Of a DNA stretch of 64,000 nt, positions 1 to 10,163 are shown piece by piece (position 1 is the stretch's first letter; every line of letters begins with the position of its first letter). The position numbers and the translations under genes were made by a program. The stretch covers positions 22,740-86,739 of the forward strand of contig JAGWBK010000022.1 of the NCBI GenBank assembly GCA_021295915.1, read 5' to 3'. This DNA is from Dehalococcoidia bacterium (GTDB lineage Bacteria > Chloroflexota > Dehalococcoidia > Lucifugimonadales > UBA1123). Under the pieces are notes generated by a model. The model was given only the letters and a program-made list of their open reading frames with translations, was not told the DNA's origin and did not search any database.

Positions 1-1264
1 TGCCCATGGGTAGCGACATCTTCGCGATAACAGTTGTCAATCCCGACTACCCTGACAAGACCGAAAGCACTCTGCCTGTTGGAGTCGAGGTTGTCGACCT
101 GGATCGAAACGTCCTGTATGGAGACGCCTCAAACTCGTGCCCGGGTATGCATGGCGAAGCGCACAACCACGACGGGGCAGCATTTGGATGCGTTGGCGGG
201 GTGCTGTTCATCGAGTACCACGACGGCGAGTTCGCTGAGATGCGCGAGGAATCTCGCATAGGCTCAATCTGGGGGCATGAGGCCTCACCGCACTTCTTCG
301 GAAGCGCGTCATACAGAGGCGAGGATGGTTTCGTAAACGACGGAATCTGGATGATCGACCCCGAGGGTCGCTCGATGGTACAGGTGATTACACCAGAAAA
401 CGGTAAGCAGAGCGCTGCCTCAGCATTTGGCGCCGACGGTCACGAGTTCTTCGTGCTCACTTATGACGGATTGCTCAATGTTATCGAAGCAGAGACAGGC
501 GAGGTGGAGGACGTTTCCCACGAGCCTCTCGTGGATCCCATAGAGCCGGGCGGCGCCTCACCGTCGTTCGTAGTTGTAGGGGAATTGCTCTACCTGGCAG
601 ATCCGGCCAGTGGTCACGTGATCGAGTACAGCCTGGAAGAATTGGAGACTGAGCGCGAATGGGAAGTCGATGGGTCCCCAAGCCGAATAGCTTTCCTTGG
701 GCTGCCTGGCATCGAGGATGACGATCACCCTGAAGAGGGACACGACCACGGCCCACTCGATCCTCACTTCTGGTTCGATCCGCATCGTGTAGAGCGTGCT
801 GTGAACGAAATCGCCGCCAGGACGGCAGCGACACCTATCTCTCCAACGCCGCGGCGTACGGTGAGGAACTCGAGGAACTGGACCACTGGATCGAGGAGCA
901 GGTCGCTGCGATACCTGAGGACAGGCGTCTGCTGGTCACCAGTCACGACAGCTTCCAGTACTTCGCAGTCGCGTACGGATTTGAGGTCGTCGGGGCCGTC
1001 TTCCCTGGCGGGACCACGGAGACTGAGCCTTCAGCTCAGGAGATGGCAGAACTGATACACGAAATCGAGGAGGCCGGCGCGCCAGCCGTGTTCACTGAGA
1101 CCATCGTGTCCGATACGCTGGCAGCGCGAATCGCCGATGAAGCAGGCGCGTCGATCATCAACGGCCTGTACACTGGCTCTCTCAGCGCCTCGGGTGGCGA
1201 TGCCGACACGTACCTAGAGCTCATGCGCCACAACACCCTGGAAATAGTCGCAGCGCTCAAGTAA
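1..1264 (+). pseudogene. ZnuA/TroA-family (Zn/Mn) ABC transporter substrate-binding protein. The 5' end lies outside the window and the reading frame switches near 815-825.
   Basis: ORF 6..1055 makes sense up to ...DDDHPEEGHDHGPLDPHFWFDPHRVERAVNEIAAR (His-rich loop plus DPHxW motif). The C-lobe (DTYLSNAAAYGEELEELDHWIEEQ..LLVTSHDSFQYFAVAYGFEVVGAVFPG..APAVFTETIVSDTLAARIADEAG) continues in a different frame to the stop at 1262-1264. Confidence 0.75.
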
Positions 1265-1329
1265 CGGCGGAGTAGCTTCGGGAATCCCTGCCGCTGCATA
1301 TACGGCGCGCAGCTAACCAGAAAGAACTC

Positions 1330-1365
1330 AGCCCTCTCCAGTGGCAGGAGAGGGCTGTTTCATTT
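1330..1365. terminator. Bidirectional rho-independent terminator hairpin between the metal-SBP gene and the tRNA pair
   Basis: GCCCTCTCC/GGAGAGGGC 9-bp stem (1331-1339 / 1347-1355) with a 7-nt loop. It is followed by GTTTCATTT on the plus strand and preceded by a T-rich run on the minus strand. Confidence 0.6.
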
Positions 1366-1413
1366 GGGCAAAAGCTCCTCCGGGCATTGAAGGCGCCGAA
1401 GGTTAGTGAAGTC

Positions 1414-1488
1414 TGGAGCGGGAGAGGGGATTCGAACCCCCGACCCCTTCCTTGGCAAGGAAGTGCTCTACCACTGAGCTACTCCCGA
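1414..1488 (-). tRNA. tRNA-Gly (anticodon GCC)
   Basis: Reverse complement reads TCGGGAGTAGCTCAGTGGTAGAGCACTTCCTTGCCAAGGAAGGGGTCGGGGGTTCGAATCCCCTCTCCCGCTCCA. It forms a cloverleaf with anticodon loop TTGCCAA, T-loop TTCGAAT and an encoded CCA. Pair 1:72 reads U:C. Confidence 0.9.
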
Positions 1489-1491
1489 TAG

Positions 1492-1567
<76 letters not shown>

Positions 1568-1660
1568 TAAATTGGCGTCGTTAATGGTAGGGTTTGGCGG
1601 TTTTGAGTGTCAAGGATGGGTAGGGAACAGGGGGTCCATTCAGTCTTCAATAAGCATTAA

Positions 1661-1684
1661 TATTAACATCAATTGATGTATAAT
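1661..1684 (+). promoter_or_regulatory. Putative vapBC promoter with a palindromic operator
   Basis: Perfect -10 TATAAT (1679-1684) lies directly after a perfect 12-bp palindrome CATCAATTGATG (1667-1678) in an AT-rich patch. GGAGG sits 8 nt before the GTG start at 1719. Confidence 0.5.
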
Positions 1685-1718
1685 ATGATGTACTTGGGTT
1701 AAGCGACGGAGGCCGACT

Positions 1719-1916
1719 GTGAGGACTACGATCAACATCGACGATGAGCTGCTGGAGAGCGCCAGAAGGCTGACCGGGATTGAAGGCACGACCGCGTTGG
1801 TGCGCGAGAGTCTCCGCGCCCTGGTCGAGCGTGAGAGCGCTCGCAGACTTGCCAGGCTAGGCGGCACTCAACCTCACTTGGAATACGTGCCCCGACGTCG
1901 GAGCGAGCCAGCTTGA
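1719..1916 (+). CDS. vapB: Type II antitoxin, VapB family
   Basis: 65 aa, MRTTINIDDELLESARRLTGIEGTTALVRESLRALVERESARRLARLGG. Typical VapB-type N-terminus. 4-nt overlap with the downstream PIN gene. Confidence 0.85.
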   Translation: MRTTINIDDELLESARRLTGIEGTTALVRESLRALVERESARRLARLGGTQPHLEYVPRRRSEPA

Positions 1917-2281
1917 TTCTGGCCGACACTTCAGTCTGGATCGATCACCTCAGGACCAGAGACCACCATCTGGCCCTCTTGCTAGGCGAGGGCCAGGTGT
2001 TAATTCATCCGATGGTGATAGGTGAATTGGCCTGCGGCAACCTGAGTAATCGCACCGAGGTGTTCAGTCTCCTCAGAACAATGCCCAGCGTTACGGTCGC
2101 GACCGACGACGAAGTGCTCTTCTTCATCGAGAATCACCGGTTGATGGGCAGAGGTATCGGATACATCGACGTCCACTTGCTGACATCTGTGGTCATGACA
2201 CCTCCAGCAATGCTGTGGACTATAGACAGACGTCTAATGAGACTGGCAGACGAGCTGGGGGTTGCCTACGATCGCACGTAG
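1913..2281 (+). CDS. vapC: PIN-domain ribonuclease toxin VapC
   Basis: 122 aa, MILADTSVWIDHLR...HPMVIGELACG...IGYIDVHLL. Acidic PIN residues are present. Confidence 0.85.
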   Translation: MILADTSVWIDHLRTRDHHLALLLGEGQVLIHPMVIGELACGNLSNRTEVFSLLRTMPSVTVATDDEVLFFIENHRLMGRGIGYIDVHLLTSVVMTPPAMLWTIDRRLMRLADELGVAYDRT

Positions 2282-2320
2282 CAGAGAAGTAATGTCGACC
2301 GCGAACCACGGTCGCAGTCA

Positions 2321-3787
2321 TTACATGGTTGGGACGGTGTTTACGGAGTTGGGCAGGTTAGTGGAGCCCATGAGGTACTGGTCGATGCCGCGGGCGGCCT
2401 CTCTACCTTCGGCGAGCGCCCACACGACCAGCGACTGGCCTCGGGCCATGTCACCGGCGGCGAAAACGCCTGGGACCGTCGTCATCTTGTCGGCATCGGT
2501 AACGACGTTGCCACGGCCATCAACATCGACTCCGAGTTGCTCGAGCATCCCTGCCTTTTCGGGATGAACGAAACCGAGGGCGAGCAAGACCAGGTCGACG
2601 TCGAGTTCGAACTCAGAGCCTTCAACCTCAATCATGGCGGGTCGACCTGTATGGTCAGGCGGCCCCCAGTCCAGTCGGACTGCGTGCATCTTCTGGACCG
2701 TACCGTTTGAGCCTGAGAAGCTCCTGGTGAGGATGTTGTAATCGCGGACTGCGCCCTCCTCGTGTGAAGACGAGGTCCTGAGTATCGCCGGCCACTGCGG
2801 CCAGGGATTATCGTCTCGACGGACCATCGGAGGCTCGGGCAGCAGCTCGAACTGGTACACGACCTCGGCGCCCTGCCTGTGAGCGGTGCCGACGCAGTCT
2901 GATCCCGTATCACCGCCTCCTAGTACAAGCACACGCTTGCCCTCGGCGAGTATCCGTTCGTCCGAACCGACGGTCTGACCCTCGTTGATGCGGTTCTGCT
3001 GAGTGAGGTACTCCATGGCAAGGTGGACACCATCGAGCTCGCGACCCGGTATCGGGAGGTCGCGCGCAATCGTAGAGCCTCCGGTCAGACAGATTGCGTC
3101 GAAGTCGGAGCGAAGATCAGCGGCGGGTACGTCCTGTCCGACGTAGACGCCAGTCCTGAACGTGACTCCCTCTGCCGCCATCTGATCGACACGGCGCTGG
3201 ACGACTCTCTTTTCCAGCTTGAACTCGGGGATGCCGAGTCGCAGCAGTCCGCCGACGTATTCGTTACGCTCGAATACGGTGACTGTATGTCCGACGCGGT
3301 TGAGCTGCATCGCGGCAGCCATACCCGCAGGCCCGGACCCAATCACCGCAACGCTCTTGCCGGTGCGAGTCTCCGGCGGCTCGGGGACTATCCATCCCTC
3401 GTTCCAGCCCCGGTCGGCAATCGCCTTCTCTATGTACTCGATGGTTACAGGGTCATTGTTGATGTTGAGGACACACGAGCCTTCGCATGGAGCCGGGCAG
3501 ATGCGTCCGGTGAATTCCGGGAAGTTGTTGGTGGAGTGAAGCTCATGAAGGGCCTCGCGCCACTTGCCTCGGTACACGAGGTCGTTGAAGTCAGGGATGA
3601 TGTTGCCCAGCGGGCACCCGCCCATGCAGAACGGCACCGAGCAGTTCATGCACCGACCGCCCTGCTCACGGGCTTCCTTTTCAGACCACTCGTTATAGAA
3701 CTCGAGCCAGTGCTGAGTCCGTTCTGAAGGGTCCTGCGTGGGCGGCGTGCTGCGCGCCCACTCCATGAATCCTGTCGGTTTTCCCAT
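2321..3787 (-). CDS. gltD: Glutamate synthase (NADPH) small subunit
   Basis: 488 aa. Fe-S Cys motifs (CMNCSVPFCMGGCPLGN, CPAPCEGSC), VAVIGSGPAGMAAA Rossmann motif and C-terminal VFAAGDMARGQSLVVWA. Confidence 0.95.
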   Translation of the reverse strand: MGKPTGFMEWARSTPPTQDPSERTQHWLEFYNEWSEKEAREQGGRCMNCSVPFCMGGCPLGNIIPDFNDLVYRGKWREALHELHSTNNFPEFTGRICPAPCEGSCVLNINNDPVTIEYIEKAIADRGWNEGWIVPEPPETRTGKSVAVIGSGPAGMAAAMQLNRVGHTVTVFERNEYVGGLLRLGIPEFKLEKRVVQRRVDQMAAEGVTFRTGVYVGQDVPAADLRSDFDAICLTGGSTIARDLPIPGRELDGVHLAMEYLTQQNRINEGQTVGSDERILAEGKRVLVLGGGDTGSDCVGTAHRQGAEVVYQFELLPEPPMVRRDDNPWPQWPAILRTSSSHEEGAVRDYNILTRSFSGSNGTVQKMHAVRLDWGPPDHTGRPAMIEVEGSEFELDVDLVLLALGFVHPEKAGMLEQLGVDVDGRGNVVTDADKMTTVPGVFAAGDMARGQSLVVWALAEGREAARGIDQYLMGSTNLPNSVNTVPTM

Positions 3788-3852
3788 TCGCCGTTTTTTC
3801 CTAATGGTCGACCGCGGCCGATGGCTGCCGTCTGTCTATTTTTCGGGGAGGC

Positions 3853-6800
3853 CTAATCGCCAGCAGGTACGGCAGTTGCCTGGTCTTTCGCGGCGCGCTC
3901 GGCAAGGACTCGCTTGTAGTCTATCGGCATCACCTTGACGAAGCTCGGAAGCATCTCGTCCCAGTTGTCCAGAACGCGCTGGGCATTGGCGCTGCCGGTG
4001 TAGGCGAGGTGGTCTTCGATCTGCCTTCTGACCGCTGCGATGTCGGCGCTCTCTTCAAGGTCCTCCAGCAGGACCATCTCGGTGTTGCAGAGGTCGCCGA
4101 AGCTACCATGCTCATCGAGGACATAGGCTTCGCCTCCGCTCATGCCAGCGGCGAAGTTGCGGCCCGTCGGTCCGAGTACCACGATGCGCCCGCGCGTCAT
4201 GTACTCACACCCGTGGTCTCCGACTCCTTCAACCACGGCCTCAGCGCCCGAATTGCGTACTGCAAACCGTTCGCCAGCAACACCGCGGATGAATGCCTGT
4301 CCGCTAGTCGCGCCGTACAGGGCTACGTTGCCGATGAGGATGTTCTCCTCAGGGACAAACTGGGCCTGCTCGGGCGGTCTGATTGTCACTCGCCCGCCTG
4401 AAAGGCCCTTGCTGAAGTAGTCGTTCGCATCGCCTTCGACGTGGAAGGTCACTCCCTTGGCAAGGAATGCGGCGAAGCTCTGGCCAACCGAGCCCTTGAA
4501 TCCTATGGTGATTGTGTCCTCAGGAAGACCGTCCTCGCCGTACCTGACTGCAATCTCGTAGCTGAGCGTCGTGCCAACGGTCCTGTTTGCGTTGGAGATG
4601 GGCAGTTCAAGTTCGATTGGAGTACCCGACTCGATCGCGTCGTGACACAGTTCGATGAGCCTGTTGTCGAGGGCTTTGTCGAGTCCGTGGTCCTGGGCCT
4701 CGCAGCAGTAGGTTGCGATGTCGTCCGGGACGTCCGGCATCTTCAGAAGGCGCGAGAAGTCGAGTCCCTTTGCCTTCCAGTGCTCGATGGCCTCCCGCGT
4801 GTCGAGGCGGTCCATCCTGCCGACCATCTCGTTGATGGTGCGGAAGCCCATCTCGGCCATGATCTGCCTGAGTTCCTCGGCAACGAAGAAGAAGTAGTTG
4901 ATTACGTGTTCGGGCTGACCCGCGAACCTCTTGCGAAGCTCAGGGTCCTGCGTGGCGATACCCACAGAGCAGGTATTGAGGTGGCACTTTCTGAGCATGA
5001 TGCAGCCCATCGCGATCAGCGGGGCCGTCGCCATGCCAAATTCCTCGGCGCCGAGCAGGCAGGCAATGGCCACATCTCGACCTGTCTTGATCTGCCCATC
5101 GGTTTGGACGATTATCCGGCCGCGCAGGTCATTCTCGACGAGCACCTGCTGAGTCTCAGCGACACCGAGCTCCCATGGCAGGCCAGCGTACTTGATGGAT
5201 GCCTCCGGCGATGCGCCGGTACCGCCGCTGTCGCCGCTGATCAGCACCACGTCGCCGTGGCCCTTTGATACGCCTGCTGCGATCGTGCCGACTCCGGCCT
5301 CCGCGACCAGCTTAACGTGAATCCTAGACTTCGGGTTCGAGTTCTTCAGGTCATGGATGAGCTGTCCGAGGTCCTCGATGGAGTAGATGTCGTGATGAGG
5401 CGGAGGTGAGATCAGCTCGACTCCGGGCGTCGAGTTGCGGACCCAGCCGATATACTCGTCCACCTTATGGCCGGGGAGCTGTCCACCCTCGCCGGGCTTC
5501 GCACCCTGTGCCATCTTGATCTGCAGGTCCGTCGCATTGGCAAGATAGTTTATCGTCACACCAAAGCGGCCGGATGCCACCTGCTTGATTGCGCTGTTGC
5601 GCATGTCGCCGTTGGGATCGGGCTTGTAGCGATGCCAGTCCTCGCCGCCCTCGCCAGTGTTGGAGCGGGCGTCGATGCGGTTCATGGCAATCGCGAGCGC
5701 TTCGTGTGCTTCCCTGCTTATCGAACCCAGCGATATAGCCCCAGTGGCGAACCGCTTGACGATCTCGCTGGCGGACTCGACCTCATCCAGTGAGACCGGC
5801 TCATCTGCGAACTTGAAGTCGAGCAGGCCGCGAATGGTGCACATCTGCTGGGAGTAGTCGTTGGCCCAGTTTGCGAATTCCTTGTATGTTGCCCAACTGT
5901 TGGACTTAGTGGCGTACTGGAGCTTCGCGATGGTGGTGGGGTTCCACATGTGGTACTCGCCATCGCGTCTCCACTGGTAGAAGCCTCCGGCGTCCAGTTG
6001 CATACTACCCGGCGTTACGAGATTAACGTAGGCGAAGGAGTGTCTTGCTCTCGACTCTTCTTCGATCTCCTCAATGCCGATCCCGCCGATCCGGGAGGGT
6101 GTCCATGCGAAGTACTCGTCGATGAATTCTTCGTCCAGTCCGACGGCCTCGAATATCTGGGCGCCCCGGTAGCTCTGAATCGTGGAGATGCCCATCTTGG
6201 CCATGATCTTCACGACGCCTTTATGGGCGCCTTTGATGAAGTTATACTCCGCGGTCTTGTAGTCGATATCGGTAAGGAAGTATTCCTCGCGGATCATGCT
6301 CTCCATAGACTCGAAGACCATGTACGGATTGACCGCACCGGCGCCGTAGCCCACCAGCAGGGCGAGATGCGCGATGTCGCGCGGCTCTCCCGATTCGACG
6401 ACAAGGCCGCAGCGTGTGCGAGAGCCCTCTCGAATCAGGTGGTGGTGAACACCGGCGGTTGCCAGCAGGCTTGGAATGGGCGCATGATCTGAGTCCACGC
6501 CGCGGTCCGAGAGAATTAGAATCGAGTAGCCTTCCTCGATGGCCTGCGACGCCTCGCGGCACAGACTGTCCATGGCGCGCTTGAGTCCGCCGCGCTCTTC
6601 GGGATCGAAAAGCATCGGCAGCGTCTTGGAGCGAATGCCGTTGACGTCGATCTCACGGATCTTCTCGAGGTCCGAGTTAGTGATAAACGGTTCTCTGATG
6701 GTGAGCTGACGGCAGTGTTCAGGCGACTCGTCGAACAGGTTACGCTCGCGCCCGATCATGGCGCGGGTCGAAGTGACCAACTCCTCGCGAATCGAGTCCA

Positions 6801-8412
6801 ACGGCGGATTCGAGACCTGGGCGAAGCGCTGCCTGAAGTAGTGGAACAGCACTGGGGACTGCTCTGACATAACTGCCAGAGGGACGTCCGTGCCCATTGA
6901 GCCAACAGGGTCTGCTCCGGTGAGGGCCATGGGCTCCAGGATTATGCGGAGGTCTTCAAGAGTGTAGCCGAAGGCTGCCTGCCTGCTTTCCAGAGTTTCG
7001 AAGTCCGTACCGTGGACACTGGCTGGTTCCGGCAGTTCTTCAAGCTGAACCATGTTGTCTTCGAGCCATTGGCCGTATTGCCGCCGCGACGAGAGGGCAG
7101 ATTTGAGCTCGGAGTCCTGCACGATCTCGCCGCGCACGGTGTCGAGCATGAACATGCGGCCGGGGTAGATACGCTCTTTGTAGAGGACTTTCTCTACGGG
7201 CACGTCGAGCACGCCAGTTTCGGAGGCCATAACCAGGATATCGTCTGTGGTGACCAGGTAGCGACACGGGCGGAGACCGTTCCGGTCGAGTACAGCGCAG
7301 ATCTTCTCACCGTCTGAGGCGATGATCAGCGCAGGACCATCCCACGGCTCCATCATGGACGAGTGGTACTCGTAGAAGTCCTTCTTGGACTGGTCCATCG
7401 GGATCTGATCGCCCCACGCCTCCGGGATGAGCATCATCATAGAGTGATCCAGGGAGCGACCTGACGCGAGCAGTGTGTCAAGTGCGTTGTCGAGTGTGGC
7501 TGTGTCGCTCTGCAACGGCGTGACAACCGGCGTGATCTTGGCGATGTCACCGCCGAGAATATCGGACTTGAATTTCTTCTCCCTGGCGGTCATCCAGTTG
7601 ATGTTGCCCTGGAGAGTGTTGATCTCGCCGTTGTGGATGATGAACCTGTACGGATGGGCGAGTCTCCACGCGCCCAGAGTGTTGGTTGAAAAGCGTGAGT
7701 GCACGAGCGCGAAGGCAGTTACCATCTCTTCGTCATTGAGATCATGGTAAAAGTCACTGAGCTGGTGGGCCATAATCAGGCCCTTGTACACGACGGTCTT
7801 CGAAGACAGACTGCAGATGTAGAAGTCACTCTTTGCGGAGAGGTCGTCTCCGAGGATAGCTTTCTCAGCCTGTTTGCGGATGACCAGCAGGCGCAGGTCG
7901 AAGTCTCGCCCTGCCCCGGTCACTTCGCCGCGCCCTACCAGGAACTGCCGAATGGTCGGCATCACACGCGCAGACAGAGTACCTATGTTGTCCGGCGAAA
8001 CAGGAACGTCGCGCCAACCCAGGAACCTCTGCCCCTCTTCTGCAACGATGCGCTCGACGGCTGCCTCGCAGTGTACCCGCTCGTCGGGATCGCGAGGGAG
8101 GAAGGTCATGCCGACGCCGTAGTCGCTCTGTTCGGGCACTGCGATTCCTACTTTGCCGAATACCGACACGATGAATTCATGCGGCATCTGGACCATAATG
8201 CCTGCGCCGTCGCCGGTCGCCGCGTCGGCTCCCGAGGCGCCCCTGTGGCCAAGGTTTATCAGGACCTCAAGGCCCTGCTCGATGACGCTATGTGACTTTC
8301 GGCCCTTTACATTGGCGACGAGCCCGACTCCGCAGGCTTCGTGCTCAAACGCCGGACTGTACAGTCCGTCAGTCGAAAGCTGGGGCGTGTAGTCCTTGTT
8401 ATAGCTGCTCAT
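3853..8412 (-). CDS. gltB: Glutamate synthase large subunit
   Basis: 1519 aa. N-terminal [15 protein letters not shown] (Ntn amidotransferase Cys), FMN/3Fe-4S central domain and [12 protein letters not shown]-terminal domain. Confidence 0.97.
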   Translation of the reverse strand: MSSYNKDYTPQLSTDGLYSPAFEHEACGVGLVANVKGRKSHSVIEQGLEVLINLGHRGASGADAATGDGAGIMVQMPHEFIVSVFGKVGIAVPEQSDYGVGMTFLPRDPDERVHCEAAVERIVAEEGQRFLGWRDVPVSPDNIGTLSARVMPTIRQFLVGRGEVTGAGRDFDLRLLVIRKQAEKAILGDDLSAKSDFYICSLSSKTVVYKGLIMAHQLSDFYHDLNDEEMVTAFALVHSRFSTNTLGAWRLAHPYRFIIHNGEINTLQGNINWMTAREKKFKSDILGGDIAKITPVVTPLQSDTATLDNALDTLLASGRSLDHSMMMLIPEAWGDQIPMDQSKKDFYEYHSSMMEPWDGPALIIASDGEKICAVLDRNGLRPCRYLVTTDDILVMASETGVLDVPVEKVLYKERIYPGRMFMLDTVRGEIVQDSELKSALSSRRQYGQWLEDNMVQLEELPEPASVHGTDFETLESRQAAFGYTLEDLRIILEPMALTGADPVGSMGTDVPLAVMSEQSPVLFHYFRQRFAQVSNPPLDSIREELVTSTRAMIGRERNLFDESPEHCRQLTIREPFITNSDLEKIREIDVNGIRSKTLPMLFDPEERGGLKRAMDSLCREASQAIEEGYSILILSDRGVDSDHAPIPSLLATAGVHHHLIREGSRTRCGLVVESGEPRDIAHLALLVGYGAGAVNPYMVFESMESMIREEYFLTDIDYKTAEYNFIKGAHKGVVKIMAKMGISTIQSYRGAQIFEAVGLDEEFIDEYFAWTPSRIGGIGIEEIEEESRARHSFAYVNLVTPGSMQLDAGGFYQWRRDGEYHMWNPTTIAKLQYATKSNSWATYKEFANWANDYSQQMCTIRGLLDFKFADEPVSLDEVESASEIVKRFATGAISLGSISREAHEALAIAMNRIDARSNTGEGGEDWHRYKPDPNGDMRNSAIKQVASGRFGVTINYLANATDLQIKMAQGAKPGEGGQLPGHKVDEYIGWVRNSTPGVELISPPPHHDIYSIEDLGQLIHDLKNSNPKSRIHVKLVAEAGVGTIAAGVSKGHGDVVLISGDSGGTGASPEASIKYAGLPWELGVAETQQVLVENDLRGRIIVQTDGQIKTGRDVAIACLLGAEEFGMATAPLIAMGCIMLRKCHLNTCSVGIATQDPELRKRFAGQPEHVINYFFFVAEELRQIMAEMGFRTINEMVGRMDRLDTREAIEHWKAKGLDFSRLLKMPDVPDDIATYCCEAQDHGLDKALDNRLIELCHDAIESGTPIELELPISNANRTVGTTLSYEIAVRYGEDGLPEDTITIGFKGSVGQSFAAFLAKGVTFHVEGDANDYFSKGLSGGRVTIRPPEQAQFVPEENILIGNVALYGATSGQAFIRGVAGERFAVRNSGAEAVVEGVGDHGCEYMTRGRIVVLGPTGRNFAAGMSGGEAYVLDEHGSFGDLCNTEMVLLEDLEESADIAAVRRQIEDHLAYTGSANAQRVLDNWDEMLPSFVKVMPIDYKRVLAERAAKDQATAVPAGD

Positions 8413-8499
8413 CTCAATCTACCTGGTAGTTCTGATGTAGGGCATGTGCGGGTGGTCCGGCTGAGCCTTCACCGGAGGCCGACCTTGCTGTGCAGAGTG

Positions 8500-9873
8500 C
8501 TACAGGGCCGGCAAGTATCGGGCTATTTCGTAGTCTGTCACCTGAGATCTGTATCGATCCCAGTCGATCTTCTTGTTTTCCACGAAGCTATCGAACACCG
8601 AGTCTCCGAGCGCGCTGCGTACAAGCTCGCTCTCTTCAGTAATCCTTAGCGCTTCCAGAAGGTTGGATGGGAGCGACTCGATTCCGTGAGCCTGCCGTTC
8701 TGCATCGCTCATGCCGAAAACGTTGGCAACCGTAGGATCCGGCAGTTCATACTGCTTTTCGATTCCCTCGAGGCCGGCAGCGAGCATGACGCTGAATGCC
8801 AGATAAGGATTGCAGGCGGGGTCAGGAGAGCGAAGCTCCACGCGTCGAGACTCCTCTCGGCCCTGCTTGAAGCTGGGCACGCGAATCAGGTCTGCCCTGT
8901 TGACAGTAGCCCAGGTAACGTGGACCGGAGCCTCGAAGTTGGGAACAAGTCTCTTGTACGAGTTAACCCACTGGTTGGTGACGGCGGTAATCTCGCGGGC
9001 GTGCTTCAGCAGCCCGGCGATGAAGTGCCTGCCGACGGCTGAGAGACGGTCGGGGTCCTCGGCGTCGTAGAACGCGTTGCGTCCCCCTTCGAAGAGAGAC
9101 TGGTGGATATGCATGCCGCTTCCATTGACGGAGGCGATCGGCTTGGGCATAAAGGTCGCGTAGCAGTCGTGACGCTGCGCGATTTCCTTGACTACCAGCT
9201 TGTACGTCATGACCGTATCAGCCATCGTCAGCGCGTCTGTGTGGCGAAGGTCAATTTCATGCTGGCTGGGGGCCACCTCGTGGTGGCTGGCCTCGACGGG
9301 TATGCCGAGCTCTTCGAGCATGAGCACCGTCTCACGGCGCATGTCTGTGCCGAGGTCGGTCGATCCCTGGTCGAAGTAGCCGCCCCTGTCCATGGGCGAG
9401 GGATCAGAATCGTTGTTGAAGTAGAAGTACTCGATCTCCGGGCCCACGTAGTAGGTGTATCCCACCCTTGCGGCCCGCTCGATGTTACGCCTCAACACGA
9501 ACCTGGGGTCGCCCTCGAAAGGCGTCTCATCCGGCGTAACGATGTCGCAGAACACACGGGCGACCGCGTTTTCACGGGGACGCCAGGGCAATATCGCGAA
9601 GGTGTTGGGATCGGGCAACGCGTAGAGGTCTTTCTCCTCGTGGCGGGCGAATCCCTCGACAGCAGAGCCGTCGAATCCCATGCCCCTCGTCAGGGCGGAT
9701 TCGAGCTCTTCGACAGTAATGGCGAACCCTTTCAGGTTTCCCAGAATGTCGGTAAACCAGAGGCGGATGAACTTAACATCGTTGTCCCTGGCCTCTTTGA
9801 GGGCGTATTCAATTGCGAGGTCGCGGTCTACCACAGGAAAGACCTGAAATAATGGTATCGGAGCGGGGAGCAC
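8500..9873 (-). CDS. glnA: Glutamine synthetase type I (short GSI-alpha-like form). The exact start is uncertain.
   Basis: 457 aa ORF with FIRLWFTDILG, FDGSAVEGF, HHEVAPSQHEIDL, KPIASVNGSGMHIHQSL, NSYKRLVP and RVELRSPDPACNPYLAF motifs. It has no NLYDLP adenylylation loop. Confidence 0.93.
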   Translation of the reverse strand: MLPAPIPLFQVFPVVDRDLAIEYALKEARDNDVKFIRLWFTDILGNLKGFAITVEELESALTRGMGFDGSAVEGFARHEEKDLYALPDPNTFAILPWRPRENAVARVFCDIVTPDETPFEGDPRFVLRRNIERAARVGYTYYVGPEIEYFYFNNDSDPSPMDRGGYFDQGSTDLGTDMRRETVLMLEELGIPVEASHHEVAPSQHEIDLRHTDALTMADTVMTYKLVVKEIAQRHDCYATFMPKPIASVNGSGMHIHQSLFEGGRNAFYDAEDPDRLSAVGRHFIAGLLKHAREITAVTNQWVNSYKRLVPNFEAPVHVTWATVNRADLIRVPSFKQGREESRRVELRSPDPACNPYLAFSVMLAAGLEGIEKQYELPDPTVANVFGMSDAERQAHGIESLPSNLLEALRITEESELVRSALGDSVFDSFVENKKIDWDRYRSQVTDYEIARYLPAL

Positions 9874-9961
9874 CCTTCGGAAAATCGCAGATTGAGCCCT
9901 CGTGTGGAGGGGGATACATTAGACACTGGACACACGTCCGCACCGAGGGAAATCATAGCAA

Positions 9962-9990
9962 AATGTAGCACTTTGTGAAAGTTGTGTCAA
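9962..9990 (-). promoter_or_regulatory. Sigma70-type promoter for glnA(alpha)-gltBD
   Basis: On the minus strand, TTGACA (9990-9985), a 17-nt spacer, then TACATT (9967-9962), about 90 nt upstream of the ORF start. Confidence 0.5.
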
Positions 9991-10106
9991 TCTTCGAGCG
10001 GGTGTTCCCCATACCCTGCCAAGACCCGAGGTCTGAGGTCGCCCCGCTTACCAGACAGGTACCCGTTCAACCGAATATCAGGCCCCATGAGGCGACGTAG
10101 ATGCTA

Positions 10107-10135
10107 AAGGGGCGACCCGTTGTGGATCGCCCCTT
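10107..10135 (-). terminator. Hairpin downstream of the GSI-beta gene (weak U-tract)
   Basis: GGGGCGA (10109-10115) pairs with TCGCCCC (10127-10133). Only TTT follows on the minus strand. Confidence 0.35.
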
Positions 10136-10163
10136 AGTTTGCTCGCTTTTGAACGGGACTGGC

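Noticed and set aside
4009-8392. Numerous 60-275-aa ORFs on the plus strand inside gltB (for example 4441..5268, 5950..6492, 7699..8295).
   Set aside because: They are antisense to a 1519-aa gene with unmistakable GltB sequence. Their products are Arg/Ala/Gly-rich, typical of high-GC shadow ORFs, and carry no motifs.
9874-9960. Glutamine riboswitch (glnA RNA motif) in the glnA and amt leaders.
   Set aside because: I could not find the conserved CGUUCA...GGAAGUAGG...GGAACG core in the leaders at 9874-9960, 11564-11627 or 13543-13628. Only a covariance-model search can exclude it fully.
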